Assembly (NCBI GenBank): GCA_041687695.1
Contig: JAWLBL010000008.1
Location: forward strand, 32,074-96,073
Length of the DNA: 64,000 nt
Direction: 5' to 3'
Source: Myxococcota bacterium
GTDB taxonomy: Bacteria > Myxococcota_A > UBA9042 > PHBI01 > JAWLBL01
Shown here: one piece after another, positions 1 through 9,153 of the stretch
How the letters are laid out: each line of letters begins with the position of its first letter
Position numbering within the stretch: position 1 is the stretch's first letter
The notes under the pieces: generated by a model
What the model was told of the DNA's origin: nothing
The model's database searches: none
What the model saw: only the letters and a program-made list of their open reading frames with translations
Translations under genes and position numbers: made by a program

Positions 1-264
1 CCCGCTCGATGCGCAGGCGCGTCCGGCGCGGCCCGAGGGAGCTTCGGGCCGGTAGGGGGCGCGTGGGGCGGCTTGTCCAAGAGCTGCCCCTGACGTTTGC
101 ACGACCCATGCCAAGGGGGCCTCGCCCACCGCTGGCGCCGAGACCCACCCGCCCGGTGCGCGGCCGCCCGGGCGAAGCGCGGACCAGTCCCCGCCTCCCG
201 AGCGGGATTTTCACCACGCGCGGCCCGCGTGCTTCGAGCCCCGCCCTCTGCTACAAGCCATCCG

Positions 265-1173
265 ATGCGCCTCCGCACCTTCGCCTGCTCCGTCCTGCTC
301 GCGCTGGCCGCGGTCTCCTGCGGCCACACGGGCACCCTCCCCGGCCGCATCGGCAGCTTCGAGGGCACCCCGGTCGACGAGTCCTCGGGCCTCGCCGCCA
401 GCCGCACCCAGCCCGGCGTCTTCTGGACCCACAACGACTCGGGCGACTCGGCGCGCGTCTTCGCCGTCACCGCCCACGGCCAGCTCCTCGCCGAGGTCGC
501 CCTCACCGGCGCCACCCACGTCGACTGGGAAGACATCGCCACCGACGCCGCCGGCCACGTCTACGTCGCCGACTGCGGCAACAACGACAACGATCGCAAG
601 GACCTCGTCGTCTATCGCTTCGTCGAGCCGCAGCTCTCCCTGGGCGCCGCCCCCGCCAAGCTCGCCGTCGGGGTCGACCGCCAGCTGCGCTTCCGCTACC
701 CCGACCAGCAGAAGTTCCCCGACGAGACCCGCCTCAACTTCGACTGCGAGGCCCTCTTCTTCGCCCAGGGCAAGCTCTACCTGCTGACCAAGCACCGCAG
801 CGACACGCGCACGACCCTCTACCGCTTCCCGAACCTCAGCGGCACCGCCGAGCTGTCCCTCGACTACCTGGGCGAGTTCGACCTCGGCGGCGCCGACAAG
901 GACTTCGGCGGCCGCGCCACCGCCGCCGACGCCACCCCCGACGGCCAGACGCTCGCGGTCCTCAGCTATCACGCCCTCTTCCTGTTCGCCCGCCCCGCCG
1001 ACAGCGACCTCTACCTGACCCGGCCGCTCCACCGCATCGACCTCGACCAGCGCGTCACCGATCAGGCCGAGGCCGTCGCCTGGGACGGCGACTCGCTCCT
1101 CCTCACCAGCGAAAGTGGCGACATCTTTCGCATCGAGCGCCCGCTCGACCCGGCGACGACCGCCTTCCCCTGA
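265..1173 (+). CDS. Putative lipoprotein with beta-propeller-like repeats (possible phytase-like/SdiA-regulated-type domain)
   Basis: Internal ATG (M57 of ORF 97..1173, which opens at an upstream TTG) gives MRLRTFACSVLLALAAVSCG, a signal peptide plus lipobox; repeated NDSGDS / DCGNNDN motifs; high GC3 coding bias. Functional call weak. Confidence 0.5.
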   Translation: MRLRTFACSVLLALAAVSCGHTGTLPGRIGSFEGTPVDESSGLAASRTQPGVFWTHNDSGDSARVFAVTAHGQLLAEVALTGATHVDWEDIATDAAGHVYVADCGNNDNDRKDLVVYRFVEPQLSLGAAPAKLAVGVDRQLRFRYPDQQKFPDETRLNFDCEALFFAQGKLYLLTKHRSDTRTTLYRFPNLSGTAELSLDYLGEFDLGGADKDFGGRATAADATPDGQTLAVLSYHALFLFARPADSDLYLTRPLHRIDLDQRVTDQAEAVAWDGDSLLLTSESGDIFRIERPLDPATTAFP

Positions 1174-1295
1174 TCGCCCCCCGGCGAACGCCACGATCCG
1201 GGTGGCTCCCGGCTGGCGTTGCGCCGCCGCGCTCTGCTAGCCTCCGGCCCCGGTCTCCGCCTCGTCCGCCCCGCCACCGGCCTCAGGTACGCGCC

Positions 1296-3890
1296 TTGCA
1301 CCGTCCCGCCCTCCTCGCGCTCCTGGTCCTGCTCCTCGCCCTGCCGCCCCGCCCCGCTGCGGCGCAACAGGTGACCCCGCCCAAGCTGGTCACCTTCGTG
1401 CAGGCCACCCTCCCAGCGGACGCCCCCCGCCGCGCCGCCGACGTCGTCCTCCTCATCACCATCGGCGCGGACGGCGCCGTGACCGAGGTCGAGATCCGCC
1501 AAGGCGCTGGCGAACCCTGGGACACCGCCGCCATGGCCGCCGCGCGCCAGTTCGTCTTCGAGCCGGCCCTGGTCGACGGCGCCCCGGTCCCGGTCAAGGT
1601 CCCCTTCACCTACACCTTCCGCGTCCCCGTCCGCCGCGGCCCCATCGTCCCGCAGCCGCAGGCCCGCCGCGACACCGAGCGCTCCCCCGAGGGCCGCGTC
1701 GTCTCGGGCCGCATCGCCGAGCGCGGCTCGCGCACCCCGCTCGGCGGCGTGCAGATCAACGTCCGCGACCCGCGCACCGACCGCACCTGGACCACCATCA
1801 CCGACTCGAACGGCCGCTACGCCCTCGAGGATCTCCCGGCCGGCCGCCTCGAGCTGACCGTCCTCAGCGGCGACCACCAGACCCTGACCCGCCCCGTCAC
1901 CCCGGCCCCGCGCGCCGCCGACGGCGCCGTCCCCGCGGGCGACACGCTCTACCTCGCGCCGGGCACCTGGACCGGCTACGGCACGGTCGTCAAGGCCGAT
2001 CGCCGCCCCGAGGCCGCCAGCGAGATCGCCCTGACCGACGACGAGCTGCGCAAGATCCCCGGCACCTTCGGCGACCCGACCCGCGTCGTCCAGACCCTCC
2101 CCGGCGTCTCGCGCTCGCCCTTCGGCCTCGGCTACTACGTCGTGCGCGGCGCCTCCTTCGAGAACACCGGCTTCTTCATCGACGGCCACCCGGCCTACTA
2201 CCTCTACCACCTGCTCGGCGGGCCCAGCGTCATCCACCCGCAGCTGGTCGGCCGCCTCAACTTCTATCCGGGCGGCTACCCGGCCCGCTACGGCCGCTTC
2301 GCGACCGGCATCATCTCCCTCGAGACCGCCGAGCCGCCCGACGACCGCTGGCACCTCGACCTCGAGCTCGACTACTTCCGCGCCGGCGCGATGTTCTCGA
2401 CCCCCTTCGACGACAAGAAGGGGCAGCTGACGGTCTCGCTGCGCCGCTCCTACTACGATCTGCTGCTGCCGCTGTTCGTCGACAACTTCTCGTTCGGTTT
2501 CACGGACTACCAGCTGCGCCTCAGCTACGATCTGGCCCCCGGCGTGCGCGCCTTCTTCGGCCTGCTGGGCGCGATGGACTTCCTCGACGCCGAGCAGACC
2601 GAGCCCGGCGACCGCCCCAACAGCAGCGACGCGGACCTGGGCTTCCACCGCATCTACGGTGGCGTCGACGTCGACCTGAACAAGCACCTGACCTGGAAGA
2701 ACAGCCTCGCCTGGGAGTACGACTACACCAGCTCGCGCCGCACCGCCGAAGGCGAGGACAGCATCAACGCCGCCGTCGACGGCTGGTACGCCAACCTGCG
2801 CTCGGGGCTGGTCTACACGCCGCTGAAGAACCTGATGATCGAGGGCGGCCTCGACGCCTTCTACGTGACCGTCAACGCCGACCTCAAGGTCCCCAGCCTG
2901 CCGCCGCTGGGCGATCCGCGCCCGCCCGAGTTCGACCCGCTGACGGTCGCCTTCCGCGTCACCACGCCCATGGCCTCGGTCGCGCCGTACGTGCTGGCCG
3001 ACTGGGAGGTCGTCAGCGGCGTCCGGCTGCTGCCGGGCCTGCGCGTGACGGGCGACTTCTGGGGCGGCGAGGTGCACTGGTCGGCCGACCCCAAGCTGGC
3101 GGTGCGCTGGCAGCTCGACGACCAGTGGACGCTCAAGACCATGGCGGCCATCGCCCACCAGCCGCCGGCCCCCTTCCAGGCCGACGAACCCTTCGGCGAT
3201 CCCAACATCCCGCCCGTGCGCGGCTCGCAGGCCTCGCTGGGCTTCGAGTGGGTCTCGCCCGACACCTCCTGGGAGATCAGCGTCGAGGGCTTCTTCAACT
3301 ACCTCCACAACATGGCCCGCCCGGCCAACGCCATCACCAGCGACGACGGCGAGCTCGAGCGCGTCTTCTTCGCGTCGGACATGGAGGGCCGCGCGTTCGG
3401 CGGCGAGGTCCTCATCCGAAAGCGCATGGGCGGCCGCCACTTCGGCTGGCTCTCCTACACCATCGCGCGCTCCGAGCGCCTGCGCCCGCCCGAGGACTGG
3501 GAGCTGTTCGAACTCGACCAGACCCACAACCTCTCGCTCGCCTGGAGCGTCCTGCTCGGCAACGAGTGGACCTTCGGGGCCCGCTTCAACCTGACCAGCG
3601 GCAACCCCTACTACCCCATCGTCGGCTCGCGCTACGACGCCGACCGCGACAGCTACGAGCCCATCTACGCGCAGCGCCCCGACCGCATCGAGGTCTTCCA
3701 CCGCCTCGACGTCCGCCTCGACAAGCGCATCCGCTTCGAGACCTGGATGATGGAGGTCTACCTGGACATCCAGAACCTCTACAACGCCGGCAACCCGGAG
3801 TCGCCGCGCTACAGCTACGACTTCAGCTACAAGACCGACGGCCTGTCCATCCCCATCCTCCCGACGCTCGGCGTTCGGGCCGCCTTCTGA
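1296..3890 (+). CDS. Oar-like TonB-dependent receptor family outer-membrane protein with N-terminal TonB_C-like domain and carboxypeptidase-regulatory-like domain
   Basis: C-terminal ~865 aa of ORF 9..3890. Signal peptide LLALLVLLLALPPRPAAAQQ; TonB C-terminal-like segment (VVLLITIGADGAVTEVEIRQGAGEPWDTAAMAAARQFVFEPALVDGAPV); CarboxypepD_reg-like segment (GRVVSG...TDSNGRYALEDLPAGRLELTVL); plug and barrel motifs; C-terminal aromatic residue (…RAAF). Start assigned to in-frame TTG with AGGT upstream, uncertain. Confidence 0.7.
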   Translation: MHRPALLALLVLLLALPPRPAAAQQVTPPKLVTFVQATLPADAPRRAADVVLLITIGADGAVTEVEIRQGAGEPWDTAAMAAARQFVFEPALVDGAPVPVKVPFTYTFRVPVRRGPIVPQPQARRDTERSPEGRVVSGRIAERGSRTPLGGVQINVRDPRTDRTWTTITDSNGRYALEDLPAGRLELTVLSGDHQTLTRPVTPAPRAADGAVPAGDTLYLAPGTWTGYGTVVKADRRPEAASEIALTDDELRKIPGTFGDPTRVVQTLPGVSRSPFGLGYYVVRGASFENTGFFIDGHPAYYLYHLLGGPSVIHPQLVGRLNFYPGGYPARYGRFATGIISLETAEPPDDRWHLDLELDYFRAGAMFSTPFDDKKGQLTVSLRRSYYDLLLPLFVDNFSFGFTDYQLRLSYDLAPGVRAFFGLLGAMDFLDAEQTEPGDRPNSSDADLGFHRIYGGVDVDLNKHLTWKNSLAWEYDYTSSRRTAEGEDSINAAVDGWYANLRSGLVYTPLKNLMIEGGLDAFYVTVNADLKVPSLPPLGDPRPPEFDPLTVAFRVTTPMASVAPYVLADWEVVSGVRLLPGLRVTGDFWGGEVHWSADPKLAVRWQLDDQWTLKTMAAIAHQPPAPFQADEPFGDPNIPPVRGSQASLGFEWVSPDTSWEISVEGFFNYLHNMARPANAITSDDGELERVFFASDMEGRAFGGEVLIRKRMGGRHFGWLSYTIARSERLRPPEDWELFELDQTHNLSLAWSVLLGNEWTFGARFNLTSGNPYYPIVGSRYDADRDSYEPIYAQRPDRIEVFHRLDVRLDKRIRFETWMMEVYLDIQNLYNAGNPESPRYSYDFSYKTDGLSIPILPTLGVRAAF

Positions 3891-3901
3891 GGGTGACCGC
3901 C

Positions 3902-4909
3902 ATGCCTCGCCACCCCGCTCGTCGTCTCCTCGCGCTCGCCCTGGCCCTGCCCGCTCTCGGCCCGCTCACCGGCTGCCTCGAGGAGCTGCCCGAGCCCAGC
4001 AAGATCGACCGCCTGCGCGTCCTCGCCATCCGCGCCGAGCCTCCCGAGGCCATGCCTGGCGAGGCCGTGCAGCTCTCGGCCCTGGTGGTCGACCCGGCCG
4101 GCCGCACCGTCACCACCCAGTGGTCGGCCTGCCTGCTGCCCGAGCGCGCCTTCGGCTTCTTCGGCGGCGGCTCGCAGACCAGCTCCAGCGGCGGCAAGGG
4201 CTACACCCTCGACGACGCCGGCTCGTGCGCCGAGGCGCTGGCCAAGGGCGCCGAGGGCGTCGACGATCTCGGCAGCGGCCTGTCGGTCCAGACCTCCATC
4301 CCCGACGACTTCATGAGCGACGAGGCCATCCGAGCGGCCTATCGGCTGCCCGAGGACCTCGAGATCCCCGGCGAGGCCCTGCTCGGCATCCAGCTCGTCG
4401 CCGGCATCAACATGAGCGTGTCGCTGGTCGTGCAGGCCGGCGGCGACCGCCTCGAGGCCGACAAGCGCATCAACGTCTCCAGCCTGGGCGAGAACGAGAA
4501 CCCCACCGACGTCGCCTTCCACATCGCGCCCGTGGGCGACGCCGGCGATCCGCCCACCACCGGCCCCGTCCCGGCTGACGGCCGCTGCTTCGCCGAGCCG
4601 GTCACCGTCGACGCGGGGCGCACCTACCGCCTCCGCGCGCTGAACATCCCCGACCCGCAGGTCACCTACCCGGTGCTGCTGCTCGGCAACTTCGGCGACC
4701 CCATCGCCGAGGACACCGAGGTCTACTACTACTCGTATTTCAGCACCCACGGCGTCTTCGATCGCAACACCATCAAGTCCAGCAGCGGCGAGACGCAGAC
4801 CTGGACCATCCCCGACGACGCGCCCGCCACCATCCCGCTGTGGATCGTCACCCGCGACGGGCGGGGCGGCACCACCTGGTGCGAGGACGAGATCGCCGTC
4901 ACGCGCTGA
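3902..4909 (+). CDS. Lipoprotein of unknown function, probably co-transcribed with the TonB-dependent receptor gene
   Basis: ATG 11 nt after the TBDR stop; signal peptide plus lipobox LALALPALGPLTGC; no recognised catalytic motif. Confidence 0.6.
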   Translation: MPRHPARRLLALALALPALGPLTGCLEELPEPSKIDRLRVLAIRAEPPEAMPGEAVQLSALVVDPAGRTVTTQWSACLLPERAFGFFGGGSQTSSSGGKGYTLDDAGSCAEALAKGAEGVDDLGSGLSVQTSIPDDFMSDEAIRAAYRLPEDLEIPGEALLGIQLVAGINMSVSLVVQAGGDRLEADKRINVSSLGENENPTDVAFHIAPVGDAGDPPTTGPVPADGRCFAEPVTVDAGRTYRLRALNIPDPQVTYPVLLLGNFGDPIAEDTEVYYYSYFSTHGVFDRNTIKSSSGETQTWTIPDDAPATIPLWIVTRDGRGGTTWCEDEIAVTR

Positions 4910-4970
4910 GCGCGGGTGGCGTTGCTCGGACCGGGTCACGGTGGTATCCCCCCCGCGGGGAGAGACAACC

Positions 4971-6599
4971 ATGACCAACGCCACCTCGCGCATCTTCGCC
5001 GCCGCCGCGGCCGTGTTCCTCTTTGCTGCCTGCGAGCCGGGCGCCGGCTCGGGATCGGGCGGGCCCCTGTGCCAGCCGGGGGTCGCCGCGCCGTGCGCGT
5101 GCCCGGGCGGCGGCCAGGGTCAGGCGACCTGCAGCGCGCAGGGCCTGCCCGGCGCCTGCGAGGGTTGCGCGGCCGCCGACGTCGGGGGCGACACCCTGGC
5201 CGACGTCGCCGGGCCGGCCGATGTCGACGAGCCGGACACGATCGCGCCGCCCGACACCAAGGGCCCCGACGTCGTCGGGACCGACCTCGGCGCGCCGGAC
5301 GAGGGGCCCGACGCGGTGGCCTGCGTGCCCGACTGCGCCGGGCGCGAGTGCGGCGACGACGGCTGCGGCGGCGTGTGCGGCAGCTGCCCGGCGGCGGCGC
5401 CGATCTGCGACGACGGCCTGTGCGCCGTCAGCTGCCAGCCCGCGTGCGCCGGCAAGCAGTGCGGGCCCGACGGCTGCGGCGGCACCTGCGGCGCGTGCAC
5501 GGGCGAGGCCACCTGCGACGCCGCCGGGGTGTGCCAGCCGCCGGTGTGCTCGCCCCAGTGCGGCGGCAAGGAGTGCGGCGACGACGGGTGCGGCGGCGCG
5601 TGCGGCGCTTGCCCTGGCGGGTACGCCTGCGACGCGGCCTTCCAATGCGTGTCGACCTGCGCGCCCTCGTGCGTCGGCAAGCAGTGCGGCGACGACGGCT
5701 GCGGCGGCTCGTGCGGCGCGTGCTCGGGCGGTTCGTCCTGCGCGGCCGGCCAGTGCGTGACCGAAAACCCGCTGCCCGCGACCGTGAACCTCGAGATCCT
5801 GGGCGTGCTGGTCGGCCCGGCCAAGGCCTCGGGCGAGGCGTGGGACGGGGGCGGCTTCATCTCGCAGGCGACGCTGAACGCCGTCTTCGAGGCGATGATC
5901 GGCGACAGCCCGTACTCCGACGTCCTCTCGGTGATGACGTCGGCGGGCATCGCCGCCCTGGCCATGCCCGATCCGATGGGCGTGGCCGAGATCGACGTCG
6001 GCAACGGCTTCGAGACGCCCACCTCGCTCGCCGTCGCCGCCAACAACACCGAGAACACCTTCGCCCCCACCTGGCCGGCCCCGCCGCCGCCGGGCTGGAT
6101 CCAGGCGCCGGTCAGCCCGCAGCTGCGCGTCCGGATCACCCTGGAGGACGAGGACGTCGTCTTCCACGACGCCATCGGGACCGCCGTCCTGACCTACGAT
6201 CACATCCTGGCGACGTGGAACAAGGGCGGCGCCGCGCACATCGCGGTCGACGACCAGACCGACGGCCAGCTGCTGTTCGTCACGCTGGCGGTCAAGCCCG
6301 GCTGCACCCCGCAGTGCCAGGGCAAGGCCTGCGGCGACAACGGCTGCGGCGGCGAATGCAGCAAGTGCCCCAGCGGCACCGCCTGCAACGGCGTCCAGTG
6401 CGTCGCGGCTTCCTGCGGCGCCATCGGCTTCGAGGGCTGCTGCCAGTCGGGCGACCTGTACTGGTGCGAGGGCGGCCAGCTCATCGGCCTGGCCTGCCAC
6501 AAGAACCCCTCGTGCGGCTGGTCGGCCCAGGGCTACTATGACTGCGGCACCGACGGCGCCTCCGATCCGTCGAACACCTTCCCCAAGTCCTGCCCCTGA
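4971..6599 (+). CDS. Cysteine-rich repeat lipoprotein (myxobacterial Cys-rich repeat family-like)
   Basis: ATG at 4971 preceded by GGGAGAG; lipobox FLFAAC; five copies of module C-x-P-x-C-x-GK-x-CG-x-DGCGG-x-CG-x-C (four in tandem) and a C-terminal Cys-rich domain. Confidence 0.7.
   Translation: MTNATSRIFAAAAAVFLFAACEPGAGSGSGGPLCQPGVAAPCACPGGGQGQATCSAQGLPGACEGCAAADVGGDTLADVAGPADVDEPDTIAPPDTKGPDVVGTDLGAPDEGPDAVACVPDCAGRECGDDGCGGVCGSCPAAAPICDDGLCAVSCQPACAGKQCGPDGCGGTCGACTGEATCDAAGVCQPPVCSPQCGGKECGDDGCGGACGACPGGYACDAAFQCVSTCAPSCVGKQCGDDGCGGSCGACSGGSSCAAGQCVTENPLPATVNLEILGVLVGPAKASGEAWDGGGFISQATLNAVFEAMIGDSPYSDVLSVMTSAGIAALAMPDPMGVAEIDVGNGFETPTSLAVAANNTENTFAPTWPAPPPPGWIQAPVSPQLRVRITLEDEDVVFHDAIGTAVLTYDHILATWNKGGAAHIAVDDQTDGQLLFVTLAVKPGCTPQCQGKACGDNGCGGECSKCPSGTACNGVQCVAASCGAIGFEGCCQSGDLYWCEGGQLIGLACHKNPSCGWSAQGYYDCGTDGASDPSNTFPKSCP
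5322..5765 (+). repeat. Four tandem ~111-120 bp coding repeats (Cys-rich modules) inside CDS 4971..6599
   Basis: Repeating peptide modules CVPDCAGRECGDDGCGGVCGSCP / CQPACAGKQCGPDGCGGTCGACT / CSPQCGGKECGDDGCGGACGACP / CAPSCVGKQCGDDGCGGSCGACS read from the translation. Confidence 0.7.
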
Positions 6600-6610
6600 G
6601 GCCGTCCGAC

Positions 6611-6880
6611 ATGACCGCACCGACTCCGCCGACTCCGCCGTCCCCCTCGGGTGACGCCGACGAGCCCCGCTTCGAGCGCCTGCTGACCGACCTCGAGGAC
6701 GTGGTGGGCCGCCTCGAGCGCGGCGAGCTCCCCCTCGACGAGGCGCTGGCCGCCTTCGAGCGCGGCATGACCCTGGCCAAGCGCGCCGGCGCCCTGCTCG
6801 ACGCCGCCGAGGCCCGCGTCGACCAGCTGCTCGAGGAGCGCGACGGCTCGACGCGCGAGGTCCCCTTCGGCGACCGCTGA
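6611..6880 (+). CDS. xseB: Exodeoxyribonuclease VII small subunit
   Basis: 89 aa; ERLEDVVGRLERGELPLDEALAAFERGMTLAKRAGALLDAAEARVDQL matches the XseB family. Confidence 0.9.
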   Translation: MTAPTPPTPPSPSGDADEPRFERLLTDLEDVVGRLERGELPLDEALAAFERGMTLAKRAGALLDAAEARVDQLLEERDGSTREVPFGDR

Positions 6881-6884
6881 GCGG

Positions 6885-7664
6885 GTGCCGCGCCCCCCCG
6901 ACAAGCCCGCCCGGCCGGCCAAGGAGCGCCTCGACGCGCTGCTGGTCGCCCGCGGCCTGGCCGAGACCCGCACGCGGGCGCAGGCCCTCATCCTGGCCGG
7001 CAAGGTCGTCGTCGACCAGCGGCGCCGCGACAAGCCCGGCGAGCGCTTCGCCGTCGACGCCGAGGTCACCGTCAAGGACGACGACGGCTGGGCCTCGCGC
7101 GGCGCCTACAAGCTGCTCGGCGCGCTCGAGGCGTGGCCGTGGCTGCGCGAGCGCGTCGCCGGCGCGTCCTGCCTGGACATCGGCGCCTCGACCGGCGGCT
7201 TCACCGACGTGCTGCTGCGCCATGGCGCCGAGCGGGTCGTCGCCCTGGACGTCGGCTACGGCCAGCTGCACTGGCGCCTACGGTCCGACCCGCGCGTCGT
7301 CGTCCTGGACCGCACCAACGTCCGCACCCTCGCGCCCGGCGCGCTGCCCTTCGCGCCGACGCTGGCGACCTGCGACGCCTCGTTCATCAGCGTGCGCCGC
7401 TTCCTGGACGTGGTCTACCGCGAGCTCGCGCCCGGGGGCCTGTTCGTCGTGCTGGTCAAGCCGCAGTTCGAGGTCGGCCCCGAGCGGGTCGGCAAGGGCG
7501 GCGTCGTCCGCGACGAGCAGGCGCGCCAGGACGCGCTGGCGCAGGTGCGCGCCGACGCGGCGGCCCTCGGGTTCATCGACCGCGGCGCCGTCGAGTCGCC
7601 CCTGCCCGGCCCCGAGGGCAACCGCGAGTTCCTGCTGGCCCTCGAGAAGCCGGCCGTGCCGTGA
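6885..7664 (+). CDS. tlyA: TlyA-family rRNA 2'-O-methyltransferase (S4 domain + FtsJ-like methyltransferase)
   Basis: GTG start; RLDALLVARGLAETRTRAQALILAGKV (S4 domain); GAYKLLGALEAW...CLDIGASTGGFTDVLL...LDVGYGQLHWRLR...KPQFE motifs. Confidence 0.85.
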   Translation: MPRPPDKPARPAKERLDALLVARGLAETRTRAQALILAGKVVVDQRRRDKPGERFAVDAEVTVKDDDGWASRGAYKLLGALEAWPWLRERVAGASCLDIGASTGGFTDVLLRHGAERVVALDVGYGQLHWRLRSDPRVVVLDRTNVRTLAPGALPFAPTLATCDASFISVRRFLDVVYRELAPGGLFVVLVKPQFEVGPERVGKGGVVRDEQARQDALAQVRADAAALGFIDRGAVESPLPGPEGNREFLLALEKPAVP

Positions 7665-7673
7665 CGGCGGCGC

Positions 7674-8180
7674 TCAGCGAGGCGGCGCCGCGCCCAGCCG
7701 CGCGGCCAGCGCCGTCGCGTAGCGGTCGATGAAGCGGTGCTGCGACAGGAACCGGACGCGCAGACGCTCGAAGGCCGGGCGCACGGCGACGTCCTCGATG
7801 ATCTCGACCCGCGTCCCGTCGCCCGAGGGCGTCAGCGTGATGGTGCGGTGCACCAGCGCCGGAGCGTCCGGCTCTCCGACCCTCAGCACCAGGCGATGCG
7901 GCGCCGCGCACTCCTCGACCCGGTAGACGATGCTGGTGCCGCCGTGGTGGTGCTCGCGCCACGACGTGCCCACCTCGACCGCCGCCGGCCCTGCGATGCC
8001 CTTGAGCTCGCGCCGCCAGCCGGGCTGCCCGTGCCAGTCGGTGACGACGTGCCAGACCACTTCGGGTGGCGGCGGCACCTCGAGCGCCCGCGACACCTGC
8101 GCCCGGTCGGGCAGCCGCCGCCCCCACAGCCACAGCGCGCTGCCCGCGGCCGCGGCGCCGGCCACCAGCCAGCCGAACAT
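7674..8180 (-). CDS. SRPBCC (START/polyketide cyclase-like) domain protein
   Basis: 168-aa C-terminal part of ORF 7674..8966 starting at internal ATG (MFGWLVAG...); its ATG overlaps the stop of the upstream gene (ATGA-type coupling); SRPBCC-like composition. Confidence 0.65.
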   Translation of the reverse strand: MFGWLVAGAAAAGSALWLWGRRLPDRAQVSRALEVPPPPEVVWHVVTDWHGQPGWRRELKGIAGPAAVEVGTSWREHHHGGTSIVYRVEECAAPHRLVLRVGEPDAPALVHRTITLTPSGDGTRVEIIEDVAVRPAFERLRVRFLSQHRFIDRYATALAARLGAAPPR

Positions 8181-8950
8181 CAGCCCCCCGCGCCCGGCTC
8201 GGCCATCAGGATCTTCTCGGGGTCGCGCGGGTCCTCGAACCAGCGGCCGGGCTGCTTGGGCGGGGCGAGATCGAGGTGGTAGTGGTTGGCGTGGCCCGCG
8301 TCGTACTCGGGGTCGAGCACGTTGGTGAAGACCCGCTCGGCGCGTAGCCGCTCGGCCAGCCGCCTCAGGAACTCGCGGCGCTTGGCGTGCCAGGGCCTGG
8401 TGCTGTGCCAGTGCTTCTTCAGGTCCACGATGCCGTAGCCCTTGATGACGAAGCTCGCGACGTCGATGGCGTTGCCGAAGCTGTGCTGGCTCTGCGCCTC
8501 GGGCCGCAGCCGCAGCCGGCGGCAGTTGTTCGTGCCGTACTGGACGATGTACTTGATGGTCTTGCCCTCGCCGAAGACCCGCTCGCTCTCCTCCTGCGCG
8601 ATGGCCTCGAACTTCGCCATCGCCAGCGCCATGGCGCAGCTCATCTTCGGATACCCCGAGTAGCGGATGTCGCCGGGGCCGCGCTGGTACAGCAGCGCCT
8701 GCGGCGTGTAGCAGGCCATGTCCGGGTACTGCACCCCGCGCCAGCGGTAGCCCTTGAGCACTCGTGGCCGGCTCTGGGGCAAGAAGCGGTACTTCGTGAC
8801 CCCCGCCTCCTCGAGCCTGGCCTTGCAGTCCTCGACGAACAGCGCCTCCCAGGGCGCCGCGTCGAAGCCGCGGGGCAGGGGAGGCGGGGGCGCCGGCTCG
8901 GTGGGCGGCGCGGAGAGCAGCATCAGGGCGATGAGCGTCAGCGGGGGCAT
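8180..8950 (-). CDS. Secreted hypothetical protein (possible extensin-like C-terminal / M15-like fold)
   Basis: Signal peptide MPPLTLIALMLLSAPP; balanced amino-acid composition unlike GC-shadow ORFs; HANHYHLD motif near C-terminus; translationally coupled to the downstream SRPBCC gene. Confidence 0.6.
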   Translation of the reverse strand: MPPLTLIALMLLSAPPTEPAPPPPLPRGFDAAPWEALFVEDCKARLEEAGVTKYRFLPQSRPRVLKGYRWRGVQYPDMACYTPQALLYQRGPGDIRYSGYPKMSCAMALAMAKFEAIAQEESERVFGEGKTIKYIVQYGTNNCRRLRLRPEAQSQHSFGNAIDVASFVIKGYGIVDLKKHWHSTRPWHAKRREFLRRLAERLRAERVFTNVLDPEYDAGHANHYHLDLAPPKQPGRWFEDPRDPEKILMAEPGAGG

Positions 8951-9153
8951 CCGGCGTCCTCGTCACGCGACCCGGGGTCCCATCCCTCGGGTCGCCGGGA
9001 ACGCTGGCACACCGGCCCCGCCGTGTCCAAATGCTTGGCGCCGCTGCGTCGGCGACGTCGCTCCGCGCGCGATGGGCGCCAAGGCGGGATCACCGCGTCT
9101 TTCCGGCCCGCGCAGCCCCGCTCGGCGCCTCGACCCGCCGCCGCGCCCGCCGC

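Noticed and set aside
9-1295. N-terminal 430 codons of ORF 9..3890 and overlapping minus-strand ORFs 211..1194 and 1062..3701
   Set aside because: R/P/G-rich low-complexity translations. The real genes are the lipoprotein in another frame (265..1173) and the TBDR, which starts near 1296 with its own signal peptide. The minus-strand ORFs are antisense shadows
4899-7271. 790-aa minus-strand ORF
   Set aside because: Antisense to the Cys-rich lipoprotein, xseB and tlyA genes, which have clear family motifs on the plus strand
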